Below, piece after piece: positions 35,808 through 45,038 of a stretch of 59,181 nucleotides of DNA. Each line of letters begins with the position of its first letter. Position 1 is the first letter of the stretch. The notes under the pieces are model-generated. The model saw only the letters and a list, made by a program, of their open reading frames with translations, did no database searches and had not been told where the DNA came from. Both the position numbers and the translations under genes were made by a program. Source of the stretch: a virus (Duplodnaviria; Caudoviricetes); the IMG/VR virus record IMGVR_UViG_3300035670_000237, positions 1-59,181 of that record. One strand, given 5' to 3'.

Positions 35808-35906
35808 TCAGCCCTTTCTGCGGCCTAACGCCATGCCGACTATGACCACAACCAGAAGCGCGATGATGACGCCCTCGCCGAGGCTGAAAGCTAAACCCTG
35901 GATCAT
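35808..35906 (-). CDS. 32 aa single-TM peptide in the lysis cassette
   Basis: AAGGAG-ATG, MIQGLAFSLGEGVIIALLVVVIVGMALGRRKG, stop 1 nt before the holin ATG. Below the ORF-track cutoff. Confidence 0.65.
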   Translation of the reverse strand: MIQGLAFSLGEGVIIALLVVVIVGMALGRRKG

Positions 35907-35955
35907 GGCCGGCTCCTTGACGTTGCAGATTGCATGTGGAACGTGGACGGTGTGG

Positions 35956-36306
35956 CTACCTGCGCACCTCGTGCTTGAACGCCTCCCACACGGCCAGCAC
36001 CAGCCAGCCGAGGGCGACGAGAAATCCGCCGGTCAGCGCCTTGCTGATGGCGTCGGCCTTGATACGGTCCCAGGCTGAGGCGTCGCGAATCGCTCGCTCG
36101 TGCGCCAGGCGGTGGCCGTGAGCGTCACCACCCGGGAAAGCCTGCGCAAAGGTTGCCTGCAGAGCAGCAAACTGCTTGTCCATGTGCGCAGTCAAGTGCG
36201 CTTCGTGGGCCTTGAGGGCGGCCGTCACGGCCTGCTCGATCATCAGCTGCACGCGATCCTCAGTCAGCGCAGTCTGGCGTCGCTCGGGGCCAGCGTAGTC
36301 GGGCAT
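35956..36306 (-). CDS. Membrane protein (holin/antiholin-like)
   Basis: MPDYAGPERR start, C-terminal TM followed by a basic tail. Confidence 0.6.
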   Translation of the reverse strand: MPDYAGPERRQTALTEDRVQLMIEQAVTAALKAHEAHLTAHMDKQFAALQATFAQAFPGGDAHGHRLAHERAIRDASAWDRIKADAISKALTGGFLVALGWLVLAVWEAFKHEVRR

Positions 36307-36331
36307 CTCGGGGTTCTCCGAAGCGTCGGGT

Positions 36332-38701
36332 TCATTCAGTGCGGGCCGCTGCCGGGCCCGACCTGCCGGCCTGAACGGCCTGAGCCATGGTGTCCAGGCG
36401 GTCCTGCAACGCAGCGATCTGGCGGTTGCTGGCGGCCTGGATCTGCGCCACGCGCTCCTTGGCGTCGGCGTCGATGCGCGCCACCTGCAGCCGCGTGTCG
36501 GCCTCGCGGTCGATCTGGATGGTGCGGTTGGCGAGCTCGGCTTGCGCTTTGCGCAGCGCATCGCTCAAGCGGTCGATCTCGGCGGCGGCCTGCGACCGCA
36601 CGCCCATCAAGGCGTCCTGCATGCCGGCATCGTCAGCCTGACCGCCGGCCACCAGGGCCTGCACCTCGGCCTCCAGCTTGGCGGCGCGGGCGTTGACCTC
36701 GCGCACCTTGGCCTGCTGTTCCTCCAGCGCCGACTTTGCAGCCTCGCGCTGCATCTGCATGGCCTCGGACTGCGCCATGGCCTGTTCCTCGGCGGCAGCT
36801 TGCTCTTCGGGTGACATCGGCTTGTTCGGGTCGCGCTCGCCGGTGAGCTTGCGAATCTGCTCGGCAATCTCGTCCTTGTTGGGCAGGTCAGAGAACTCCA
36901 TGGCGATCGTCAGCACCCGCAGGCTCACCTCCGGCGGCAGCCGCGTGGCCAGCTGGTTGAGGCTCTCGAACATGACCTGGCGCAGCGTGCCGGCATAGTC
37001 CTGCTCACCGACCACGAAGTCGGCCATCGAGGATGTGATGTCGTTGATGAAGCGCACACTGCCGTCGGGCTGCTGCTCCGGCTGGTTGACACGAATCCAC
37101 TCAAGTGCGCCCTTGGCCCCGGTCAGCCGGATGACCTTCTCGGCCGTGTACCACTGCTCGATCAGTGAGAGCTGCTTCTCGCCCTGCACCTGGATGGCCA
37201 GACGCAGGTTGTCGAATGGTTCGGTGGTGACGACGCTGCCCTGCAGCTGACGCGCCTCGATGGCCACGCCACTGACAGCGTTGGTCTTGCGGCCAAGGTT
37301 CTCGTCGGTGACGCCGGCGGACTTCTGGATGGCCTTGGCCGCCAACTCCATCATCGTGATCTGGCCGGTGGCGGCGTCTGTGTCGCGCCGAACATCGAGC
37401 TTTTTGCCGGCCTTGTAGACGACCACGCCATCGGGCCGATCGGCCTCGTCGCGCAAGGCTTCCCAGTCGGTGGTGGCGCCCTCTTCCGCAAAAATCTGGT
37501 TGGTGTTGAGCATGAACAGCGCCTTGCTTGCGCGCTTGTTCAAGTCCTGCTGGATGTCGCGCACCCTGCGGATGGCGCCGTAGGGCAGGCGATCACGGCT
37601 GCGGCGGTAGCACCAGATGGGCGTCAGGCTGAAGCGGTTGTGGCGATACGGTGAAGGCTGCAGCGCCAGCAGGTGCGACTCGGTGAACACCGCGATATGG
37701 GTGCGCATCACAACCTTGTCGATGACGTGGCTTCCGGTAAGCCCGACGGCATCGGCCAGCACCTGATCACGCGGGTTGAGGACGGCACCAGCAAACGGCC
37801 CTTCAGTCACGATCTTGGTCAGCGCGGGCTTGCGGTACTGGCCCTCGATGATCTTGATGCGGCGTCGCTTGGCGTCCGCCAGCGCGCCTTGTCCGGCGGC
37901 GTAGATCACGCCGGTCTTTGTGTTGCTGAGGTCGTGGGCGGTGTACCAGACGTCCTCTTCCCAGCCATCGGTGGTGTAGTGCGTGGCCTCCTCGACGCCT
38001 TGCGCGACCTGGGCGCGCCGGCGCGGAAACATCAGCATGGCCACGTCCTCGTCCACCCAGCGCCAGCGGAACAGAAAGCGCGCATCGGAAAGGTCGGGCT
38101 CGTAGGCGGTGGAGTCCCACAGCACGTTGCGCCAGTCTTCGTACTTGGAGTACAGGATGTCCTGCGTGGGGTCGTCGCGGGCCCCATCGTCCATCCAGCC
38201 CACGCCAGCCTTGATGGCGTCAGCAAACGAGCGACTGCGGACGAAGGGCACCCGGTTGATGTCGCTGACGTACTTCAGCGTCTTGGTCTTGACGTCGGCG
38301 AGATCCACGTCGTCTTCAGTGCGCGGCAGTACGCGCCAATCCACGCGGGCGCGACGCTCGGTGCCGATGAGCCAGTCCACCATCGGTGCGACTTCGTTGT
38401 AGACCAGCGGCATCTGGCCGCGATCGCGCAGCGTGGCGGCGTCCTCCGGGTCCCACTGCAGGTTGTCGTAGAAGTCGCAGTCCATCGCCATGTCCAGGCG
38501 GTTCAGCGACTGCCGTTCGCGCTCGTAGTAGTACCACTCGAGCAGCTGGCGCAGCTCCGCGCGCGCCTCGGGGCCATCCAACGGGTCGCCCACCACCGGC
38601 GCCGGCACGCGGCCGGCGCTGTCCATGGTCTGCGCCTGGCGGGCGAAGTAATCATCGCCGGGTGCGCGGTTGCGCACGGCGCGCACGTCGAACTCAGCCA
38701 T
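36332..38701 (-). CDS. Portal protein (P22-like with C-terminal barrel helix)
   Basis: DFYDNLQW...RGQ.PLVYN, PYGAIRRVRDIQQDLNKRASK, SGVAIEARQ.QG. Long Q/A coiled-coil tail. Confidence 0.9.
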   Translation of the reverse strand: MAEFDVRAVRNRAPGDDYFARQAQTMDSAGRVPAPVVGDPLDGPEARAELRQLLEWYYYERERQSLNRLDMAMDCDFYDNLQWDPEDAATLRDRGQMPLVYNEVAPMVDWLIGTERRARVDWRVLPRTEDDVDLADVKTKTLKYVSDINRVPFVRSRSFADAIKAGVGWMDDGARDDPTQDILYSKYEDWRNVLWDSTAYEPDLSDARFLFRWRWVDEDVAMLMFPRRRAQVAQGVEEATHYTTDGWEEDVWYTAHDLSNTKTGVIYAAGQGALADAKRRRIKIIEGQYRKPALTKIVTEGPFAGAVLNPRDQVLADAVGLTGSHVIDKVVMRTHIAVFTESHLLALQPSPYRHNRFSLTPIWCYRRSRDRLPYGAIRRVRDIQQDLNKRASKALFMLNTNQIFAEEGATTDWEALRDEADRPDGVVVYKAGKKLDVRRDTDAATGQITMMELAAKAIQKSAGVTDENLGRKTNAVSGVAIEARQLQGSVVTTEPFDNLRLAIQVQGEKQLSLIEQWYTAEKVIRLTGAKGALEWIRVNQPEQQPDGSVRFINDITSSMADFVVGEQDYAGTLRQVMFESLNQLATRLPPEVSLRVLTIAMEFSDLPNKDEIAEQIRKLTGERDPNKPMSPEEQAAAEEQAMAQSEAMQMQREAAKSALEEQQAKVREVNARAAKLEAEVQALVAGGQADDAGMQDALMGVRSQAAAEIDRLSDALRKAQAELANRTIQIDREADTRLQVARIDADAKERVAQIQAASNRQIAALQDRLDTMAQAVQAGRSGPAAARTE

Positions 38702-39110
38702 ACGTGGCGCCCTCCCGCTCAATCCGGATGTCCTGCTGGGCCAGCACCTGACCATCGGCGCGCAGCGTCATGGCGCCGACAGCGCCACGGTGAAACTCCG
38801 GCGGCGGCGCTGACGGCATGCGGATCAGGTCCGGCAGGCCCTCGTGGATGATGCTGGCCACACGCACCCAGTTGGGCCGGCTGGGCTCGATGCCGAGCAC
38901 TTCGCACGCCTTGACGCACTGCGCGGCGAGGTAGGCCGGGTCGTCGTAGCGGTAACTGGCGCTTTCCATGACCACGTACCAGGGCGCGCCAGGCCGGTAG
39001 GCCGGCACCAGCACCATGGCGCGCTCGTCGTTGATCCAGGTCAGGATGACCACGAGGTCACCGTGGCGGCGGTGCGCGTGCGCGCGGCGCAGGTCGATGG
39101 TGGCGGGCAT
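38694..39110 (-). CDS. Hypothetical protein
   Basis: ATG at 39110 right after a promoter motif. Stop overlaps the portal start. Confidence 0.65.
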   Translation of the reverse strand: MPATIDLRRAHAHRRHGDLVVILTWINDERAMVLVPAYRPGAPWYVVMESASYRYDDPAYLAAQCVKACEVLGIEPSRPNWVRVASIIHEGLPDLIRMPSAPPPEFHRGAVGAMTLRADGQVLAQQDIRIEREGATYG

Positions 39111-39123
39111 GGCGCGGCAGACT

Positions 39124-39138
39124 GCCATGCTTGCCACG
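39124..39138 (-). promoter_or_regulatory. Putative late promoter motif, copy 6 (possibly leaderless mRNA)
   Basis: CGTGGCAAGCATGG-CAGTCT-8nt-ATG. Confidence 0.7.
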
Positions 39139-39157
39139 AGGCCGCGCGCTGGCCGGC

Positions 39158-40504
39158 TCAGGCCACCATGCCGCCGCGTCGGCGGCGCCACAGCGCAGCC
39201 GCAGGGCTGCCGGTGCCGGTGCTGCCGTGGTCCTCGGCGACGATGGCCATCAGGCCGGCAGCGTCGGCCGAGTGGGACGACCAGTCGTGCTCTGGCCCCA
39301 GGCCCACGTCGCGCGCCTCGTCGCGCTTCTCGTGGTAGTGGCCCAGGGCGTCCAGGCCGGCCGCGCATCGTTCGGCGTCCCACCACGTGGAGGGAAACAC
39401 GCGACGCAGCGCCTCGATGCGGGCAATCGCCGCGCCTGCGCCCTGGTTGGGCACCACGGTGACGCTGTAGCCGGCGCGCGTCAGGGCGCTCTCGTAGGAC
39501 ACGTCGAACACCTTGTCGTGCGTCACGCCGTCGTGTGGCAGCCAGACCTGGGCGCGGTCGGGCGTGTAGCCGCGCTTGCGGGCCCACAGCAGGTGCGTCT
39601 CCAGCGGCTGGCCCACAGCCTCATAGTGGTCGAGCACGCGCACCTCGCGGCCGATGAACTGGGCGCACCACCACACGAACGAATCTGCGCGCTTGCCGGT
39701 GCCGCCGATGTCGGTGAACAGCCGCAGCGTCAGCAGCGGGTCGGCCGCGACGCGCCCGACGCGTCCGGAGGCTCGCGCCATGGTCAGGTGCTTGGCGAAA
39801 TAGGCGCCGGCCACCACGGTGGCGTAAGCGCCCTCCCAGACGTGGTCGTAGGTGTCGGGGCGCTCGGCCAGGTCGGCCTGACGCTGGCGCTCCAGCACCT
39901 TGGGGAACCGGGGGTTGTCGCGCCAGTTGATCTCCGCGACCTTCATGCGCTGGCTCTTGGTCTGCCGGAAGCGCTTGTCGGTGGCGCTGCCCTTGCGCTT
40001 GGGGTTCCAGGTCACCCACAGCTCGGCGCTCCAGCCGGTGCCCTCCTCGCGCAGCGTCGGGCCGAGCGTGTTCCAGGCCTCGTCACTGACGCCCTCGGCC
40101 TCGTCCACCCAGGCCAGCAGCAGCCGGCCCTTGGACTTGATGCTGTCGATGTTGCGCTCGAGGCCGGCAAAGGTGTAGTCAACCCGGCCATCCTTGGTGC
40201 GCACGTAGTTCTCGCCCACCTCAAAGGCGTCTCGCAGCCAGGGATCGTCCTCGATCGCGCGCTTGATCTCCTCAAGGCTCGAGTCGGCCAGGCTGTTCTG
40301 GAACTTGCGTGCGCACAGGATCTGCCCGCTGATGCCAGCCTCGGCGAAGGCGTAGGCACGCACCGCGGTCATCTTCGCGAAGCTGCGCGTCTTGCCGCTG
40401 CCGCGCCCGCCGTAGGCCCCGCGCACGTCGGCCTCGCCGGTGAAGACCGGCACCAGCTTGGGCGGCAGCTCGATCCTGGCGGTGACGTCGTGCGACGCGC
40501 TCAT
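39158..40504 (-). CDS. terL: Terminase large subunit
   Basis: YGGRGSGKT Walker A, WVDEAE Walker B, TWNP, HDWSSHSADA nuclease motif. Confidence 0.95.
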   Translation of the reverse strand: MSASHDVTARIELPPKLVPVFTGEADVRGAYGGRGSGKTRSFAKMTAVRAYAFAEAGISGQILCARKFQNSLADSSLEEIKRAIEDDPWLRDAFEVGENYVRTKDGRVDYTFAGLERNIDSIKSKGRLLLAWVDEAEGVSDEAWNTLGPTLREEGTGWSAELWVTWNPKRKGSATDKRFRQTKSQRMKVAEINWRDNPRFPKVLERQRQADLAERPDTYDHVWEGAYATVVAGAYFAKHLTMARASGRVGRVAADPLLTLRLFTDIGGTGKRADSFVWWCAQFIGREVRVLDHYEAVGQPLETHLLWARKRGYTPDRAQVWLPHDGVTHDKVFDVSYESALTRAGYSVTVVPNQGAGAAIARIEALRRVFPSTWWDAERCAAGLDALGHYHEKRDEARDVGLGPEHDWSSHSADAAGLMAIVAEDHGSTGTGSPAAALWRRRRGGMVA

Positions 40505-41073
40505 GCCTCAGTGTTGGCGTCGGCCTCAGCAGGCGCCATCGGCACGATCTCGACGCGTGTCACCCGCGTCGACTGCTGACGGGCACGCTCGTTGTGCTCC
40601 TTGATCGTGTCCTCGTTGGCCTTGAGCAAATTCAGGCCCACCTGCGCGGCGTCGTTGGCCAGGCGGGTGAGCGCGGACACGCCTTTGAGCGCGGTGACGC
40701 TCGCATCGCTCAGCGGATCGGCGTCGTCCAGCGCCTGCACCTGCGCATTGGCCACGGCGGCCAGCCGGTGGGCGGTGGCGCTGCCGTAGCGGGCCGCGGC
40801 GGCCAGATGCTGGCTGATCTCGCGCAGCTCGTCGGCCAGTTGGATCGCCAGGTGCTGCTGCGGCACGGGCAGCGTGGCCAGCTCGGACTGTGCGGCGGCG
40901 AGTTTTTCGGCAACGTTTCGCACCGCCTGTTGCGCTTGTTGCGGAAACCGTCGCGAAATGGCTGCGGGGTTGACCCCGAACTCGGCGGCAAGCGCACGCA
41001 CGCCCTCGCCGGCGGCGACGCGCTTTTCGATCTGGCGCCACTGGTCGGGCGTGAGCTTGGACGGTCGGCCCAT
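40501..41073 (-). CDS. terS: Terminase small subunit (putative)
   Basis: MGRPSKLT + HTH. ATGA overlap with terL. Confidence 0.75.
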   Translation of the reverse strand: MGRPSKLTPDQWRQIEKRVAAGEGVRALAAEFGVNPAAISRRFPQQAQQAVRNVAEKLAAAQSELATLPVPQQHLAIQLADELREISQHLAAAARYGSATAHRLAAVANAQVQALDDADPLSDASVTALKGVSALTRLANDAAQVGLNLLKANEDTIKEHNERARQQSTRVTRVEIVPMAPAEADANTEA

Positions 41074-41088
41074 GGCGGCGAAGGAGTC

Positions 41089-41457
41089 TCAGGTCTGGAC
41101 TTCGGTGACGGTGATGCCGAGCAGGCGCAGCATCAGCGCGCGCTTGAGCCGGTAGACCGGCGTGGCCACGCCCTTGACGTCCTCGACGACTTCGCGGCCT
41201 TGCGCGTCGCGGTAGCGGAAGTCGGCCACGTAGTGCACCGGGCGCACGGCCTTGCCGTCGGCGTCGCGCTGGCTGGGCACCAGCAGGTAGCGCACCTGGC
41301 GCTGCAGCTCGGTGATCTGGCCGGCGCGCTGCAGCAGCTGCAGCTCTGCGTGGCGGCGGGCTTCTGCGGCGCTGTCGAAGGGCTTGCCGCCGTCGCTGGC
41401 CGGCACCTTGCGGTTGCCGTATTTCGGCCGCGTGGTGAAGGTGCTTGGCAGCTTCAC
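41089..41457 (-). CDS. DUF1064-family putative nuclease
   Basis: KYGNRK...FDS.AEARR..L...YVADF.Y...VVEDVKG. Confidence 0.85.
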   Translation of the reverse strand: MKLPSTFTTRPKYGNRKVPASDGGKPFDSAAEARRHAELQLLQRAGQITELQRQVRYLLVPSQRDADGKAVRPVHYVADFRYRDAQGREVVEDVKGVATPVYRLKRALMLRLLGITVTEVQT

Positions 41458-41500
41458 GGCAGCACGCCTTCGCGCAGGCCGAAGTGCACCTCGGGCCAGC

Positions 41501-41761
41501 TCAGCGGGGTTTCTCCAGGCAGCGGCGCACGCACGCCAAGATGTCGGCCCGGCCAGGGCTGTTGGGCACCATGGCGATGGCCTGCAGCATGGAGGCTGCC
41601 TGCTGGCGCAGCGGGTGGGTGCTCAGCAGCAGGTCGGTGCAGCACTGCAGGCAGGTCAGCCGATACAGGCCGCCGGGGCGTGGGCTGGTGTGGCCGGGAG
41701 GGGTTCGGCTGGTGCATTCCGGGCATGGTGGCGGGCATGGTGGCGGGCATGGCTGGCTCAT
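41501..41761 (-). CDS. Small Cys-rich hypothetical protein
   Basis: ATGA overlap with the upstream gene. CPEC and CLQCC motifs. Confidence 0.5.
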   Translation of the reverse strand: MSQPCPPPCPPPCPECTSRTPPGHTSPRPGGLYRLTCLQCCTDLLLSTHPLRQQAASMLQAIAMVPNSPGRADILACVRRCLEKPR

Positions 41762-42300
41762 GCGGCGATGGGTTGCGCGTCGTGCTGCGCGCTGCCCGGA
41801 AGGTAGGCGCTGATGGCGGGGTGGTGCCGTCGCGTGTCGTCCGCTCGCAGGGCTTTGACGGCGCGTCGCAGGGCGTCGGCCTGGGGACTGCTCAGCCGCG
41901 CGGTGCTGGCGCGCTCGATGAGGCCGTCGACGAGGATCTCGGCCGGGTTGCGGCCGCTGCGCTGGCGCTGCGGGTCGCTGGCGGTGGCTTCGCGCAGCGT
42001 GGCCACGACCTGGCGGATGCGCTCGGGGTCGGCGGGTGGCTCGGGCAGGGGTGCGGGCTCGGTGCGTGGTGCCTGGCGGCACAGGGCTTTGAAGGCGACG
42101 AGGTTGGGCGGGCGCTCGGGCAGGTTTTCCAGGGCCCAGGCGATGGCGTCCAGGCGCTCGGCGAAAGGCGCGAGCTCGAAGGCCCACAGGCCCTTGACCT
42201 CGCCGATGGGCAGGGCGGCCCACAGGCTGAGCCACTGGCTGCCGTAGGTGGCGGCCAGGCGGTCGAACAGGCGGTCGGTGACGCGGGTTGGCAGGCTCAT
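41758..42300 (-). CDS. Replication protein P-like (helicase loader)
   Basis: DRLFDRLAATYG..W...W...L...PERPPNL..FKALCR. Follows the initiator gene. Confidence 0.7.
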   Translation of the reverse strand: MSLPTRVTDRLFDRLAATYGSQWLSLWAALPIGEVKGLWAFELAPFAERLDAIAWALENLPERPPNLVAFKALCRQAPRTEPAPLPEPPADPERIRQVVATLREATASDPQRQRSGRNPAEILVDGLIERASTARLSSPQADALRRAVKALRADDTRRHHPAISAYLPGSAQHDAQPIAA

Positions 42301-42302
42301 GG

Positions 42303-43385
42303 TCACAGGGCTCCTCGTGCCAGCAGTGGGGTCACGGCGGGCGTGATGTCGATGACCTCGGCCATCGCTGGTGGCTGCTGGGGCAGGTTGTCGGGGTGGA
42401 TGCGGCCGGTCATCTGCTCCCACTGGCGGCGCTTGGCGGCGAGTTCGCGCTCGTAGGCCGACAGCCGCACCGGTGGGCTGTTGCCGGCTGCGATTCGGGC
42501 AGCGGGGCGAGGGGTTGCGGACACGGCAGCGCCGGTGCTGGCGGCGTCTCGTCGCCGGCCCTCAGCCACGGCCACGGCGTAGGCGAAGCCCTTGCCCTTG
42601 GCGACGGCGACGGCTGCGGCATCGGCCAGCTCGTCGGTGGTGACGCCGGCCTGCAGCAGCGCCAGCAGCGTCGGGTGGGCCGGGTTGGCGTCGGCAAGGC
42701 CTGCGGCTCGCATGGCCAGCGTGGCAGCGCCGGCAGCGGTGGGCTCGGTGGGCGGCGCCGGTGGTGGCGGGCTTGGGGGTGGGTCCGGGGGGTCGTCGTC
42801 GGGCCCGGGCGCGCGCGGAAGAGGTTTAGCGTGTGCTACTACGGTGGTATTTGTATTACTGGTGTCTGGTGTCTGGGTATGGGTAGCCGTTGCATCACGC
42901 GTGATGGGGTCCGTGATGTCACGTGCTGTCACGCGTGACAGGTGCTGTGACAGGTGGCGTGACGCGAGCGCTTGCAACTCGGACATCGGCGCGTCGTACT
43001 GCGGTACGACACCGGCCGCGCGCAGTGCGTCGAAGAGTTCCTTGCGGCGCATGCGCGTGCGCTGCTGGCGCTCACGCTCGTTGGTGCGCTTGGCCTCGCG
43101 CTCGGGCTCAGCTTCCCGGTAGCGGGCGATTTCCTCGTCGGCGCGCTTCTGGTGGTAGCAGCCATCGTCATTGCGCAGCTCGAAGAACTCAGACAGCACC
43201 TGATCCACCGCCTTGCGCTGGGTTGGCGTCGTGGCCTTGGCAAGTCGGTATTGCTGCCCTTGGGGAATTGGCTGCTCACGGTGGTAATAGGCCCGCAGCA
43301 ACCTCGTGTAGGCCATGTCCTCGTCCCAGGTCAGGTGCCCGGTGGCAGCGGCCCAGTCGCCCAGATGATGTTCGTAGTAATTCAT
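42303..43385 (-). CDS. YdaU/DUF1376-family replication initiator
   Basis: MNYYEHHLGDW..ATGHLT..E..AY.RLL..YY..E.PIP...HQKRADEEI. Confidence 0.85.
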   Translation of the reverse strand: MNYYEHHLGDWAAATGHLTWDEDMAYTRLLRAYYHREQPIPQGQQYRLAKATTPTQRKAVDQVLSEFFELRNDDGCYHQKRADEEIARYREAEPEREAKRTNERERQQRTRMRRKELFDALRAAGVVPQYDAPMSELQALASRHLSQHLSRVTARDITDPITRDATATHTQTPDTSNTNTTVVAHAKPLPRAPGPDDDPPDPPPSPPPPAPPTEPTAAGAATLAMRAAGLADANPAHPTLLALLQAGVTTDELADAAAVAVAKGKGFAYAVAVAEGRRRDAASTGAAVSATPRPAARIAAGNSPPVRLSAYERELAAKRRQWEQMTGRIHPDNLPQQPPAMAEVIDITPAVTPLLARGAL

Positions 43386-43402
43386 CCTCGATCCCAGTCA
43401 TG

Positions 43403-43768
43403 TCATGGCCGCGGGTGGCTGTGGTTGGCTGGTGCCAGGCGGTAGCGCAGGTAGCGCGCGTTGCGCGCTTCGTCGGAGACGATCTCCACCAGTCCGCGGT
43501 TGCGCAGGTACAGGCAGGCCCAGTTCACGGCCTTGTACGGACGCCCGGTGGCGCTCACGATGTCGCAGTGCCGCCACCAGCGACGCGGCTGGGCTCGCAG
43601 CAGCGCCAGCACGGCATCGGTGGCCGAGCCGTCGCGGATGACGCCGGACGGGCGCGGGTTGTAGCGAGGCGGCGCAGTCGCCGCCTGGCGCACGGCCGCA
43701 ATGGCCAGCAGCTGTTGAGCGGTCCATCGGCTGCTGCGGCTCAACGAGTCGCTCCGCCAAGGTTGCAT
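43403..43768 (-). CDS. Putative winged-helix DNA-binding protein
   Basis: DIVSATGR..KAVNWA..YLR.RGLVE...RYLRYRL. Confidence 0.55.
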   Translation of the reverse strand: MQPWRSDSLSRSSRWTAQQLLAIAAVRQAATAPPRYNPRPSGVIRDGSATDAVLALLRAQPRRWWRHCDIVSATGRPYKAVNWACLYLRNRGLVEIVSDEARNARYLRYRLAPANHSHPRP

Positions 43769-43834
43769 GGCGGGCGGGCCTGCCGGCGCCCATACTCCCA
43801 ATCCCCACGATCGGAAACGCCAGGAGGCCCACCC

Positions 43835-44134
43835 ATGACCGAATCAGAGCTGCAGGCGCTGCAGGCCCTCGGCCCACAGGAAGTGCTGCGGCAGTTGTCC
43901 AGAGGCTCGTATGGCGGCGCCCCAGGCTCAGCCACGCGCGACGCCGTGGAGTGCTGGTTGCGCGCCGAACTGATCGCGCGCCAGGAGGCCTCGGACCGCT
44001 CGGCCGCGGCAATCGCTGCGCAGGTTCTGCGCCAGGCACGCAGAGCCAACACCATCAACGCGATCCAGATCGCCGCCAACGCCATCACGGCCATCTCTGC
44101 GGTGTTCATCGGCTGGCTCCTTTCGGGGCGCTGA
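43835..44134 (+). CDS. Small membrane-anchored protein, antisense to the surrounding operon
   Basis: AGGAGG SD, 99 aa, C-terminal TM. Similar to 54986-55435. Confidence 0.6.
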   Translation: MTESELQALQALGPQEVLRQLSRGSYGGAPGSATRDAVECWLRAELIARQEASDRSAAAIAAQVLRQARRANTINAIQIAANAITAISAVFIGWLLSGR

Positions 44135-44303
44135 GACGCCGCAGCCGGCCCTCGCACAGGCCGTCATACAGGCGCTGCGCAAACTGCGCCTGCTCCTGCG
44201 CCTCGTCGGCCCACACCCACAGGGCCAGCGCCCAGCCGCACAGCACGGCCAGCGCCGTCCACAGGGCCCAGGCCTCGCGCCCTTCCAGCCCGAACAGGCT
44301 CAT
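44106..44303 (-). CDS. Small membrane protein
   Basis: One hydrophobic helix. Abuts the upstream gene. Confidence 0.4.
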   Translation of the reverse strand: MSLFGLEGREAWALWTALAVLCGWALALWVWADEAQEQAQFAQRLYDGLCEGRLRRLSAPKGASR

Positions 44304-44629
44304 CACCGCGTCACTCCGCGCCAGAAGTCGGACGCCGCAGCTTGAGGGGCCTCAACAGGGCCGCTTCGGGCGGGCTCGGGCGCCCGCTCGGCCACCCTGT
44401 CATGCACCCGCCAGGGGCCCGTCGATGGACCGGGCATCGGCCCTTCCTTTGCGAGCGTGGCGCGCCGATGATGGGCCACATGCTCACCCCACGTCCTACC
44501 CCACTCCTGCAGGCAGATGATGTCGCGCAGCAGCTCGCCGGGCTGGCAGCCGGCGCGGCGCGCGCGCTGCCTGAACGCCTCGGCCGTGGCATCGTCCAGA
44601 TGCACGCGGATGCTCTCGGTCAGTTTCAT
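44303..44629 (-). CDS. RHH-type regulator (CII position)
   Basis: IRVHLDD..AEAF...A...G..PGELLRDII. Follows cro. Confidence 0.55.
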   Translation of the reverse strand: MKLTESIRVHLDDATAEAFRQRARRAGCQPGELLRDIICLQEWGRTWGEHVAHHRRATLAKEGPMPGPSTGPWRVHDRVAERAPEPARSGPVEAPQAAASDFWRGVTR

Positions 44630-44686
44630 GGCGCGGCCCTTACCAGACGCAAGGCGCCCCCAAAAGAGTCGGTCATGGTCTGTCGC

Positions 44687-44968
44687 TCACCCGGCCTGGT
44701 CGATGCTTGCCAGCTCGGCCAGGTCAGGCAGTGGGCGGCCCTGCGGGTTGGGCCATCCGTCGTCGGGCATGCGCACCCAGCGCACGTCCGGGCGCAGCTG
44801 CTCGCAGGTGGCCGCGCCTTGCAGCGCGCGCTCAACGGCCGGGCAGCGCTCGATGGGCAGCACGCGCCGCCGGGTCAGCACCTGGTACAGGTACTGCTCG
44901 TTCATGCCCAGATCGCGCGCGGCAGCGTGCCGCACCGAGGCAGCAACTCGGGGGGCTTCAGTGGTCAT
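44687..44968 (-). CDS. cro: Cro-like (YdaS-type) HTH regulator
   Basis: HTH plus RCPAVERA..G..TCEQLRPDV.W. Divergent from the repressor. Confidence 0.8.
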   Translation of the reverse strand: MTTEAPRVAASVRHAAARDLGMNEQYLYQVLTRRRVLPIERCPAVERALQGAATCEQLRPDVRWVRMPDDGWPNPQGRPLPDLAELASIDQAG

Positions 44969-44974
44969 GGGCGG

Positions 44975-45029
44975 AGTCTAGCGTAACGCTATCTTTAAAA
45001 GCAAGCGCTGGGCTACTAGCCTGCTGCTT
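44975..45029. promoter_or_regulatory. oR-like region: three TAGC-N5-GCTA-type operators and the cro promoter
   Basis: TAGCGTAACGCTA (44979), AAGCGCTGGGCTA (45003), TAGCCTGCTGCTT (45017). Minus strand TTGCTT-18-TAGACT ends 6 nt before the cro ATG. Confidence 0.7.
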
Positions 45030-45038
45030 GAATGATGT

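Noticed and set aside
41721-41757. GGGCATGGTGGC x3 repeat as a further guide-like array
   Set aside because: 12-nt period, lying in the coding frame of 41501-41761 (PCPP repeats).
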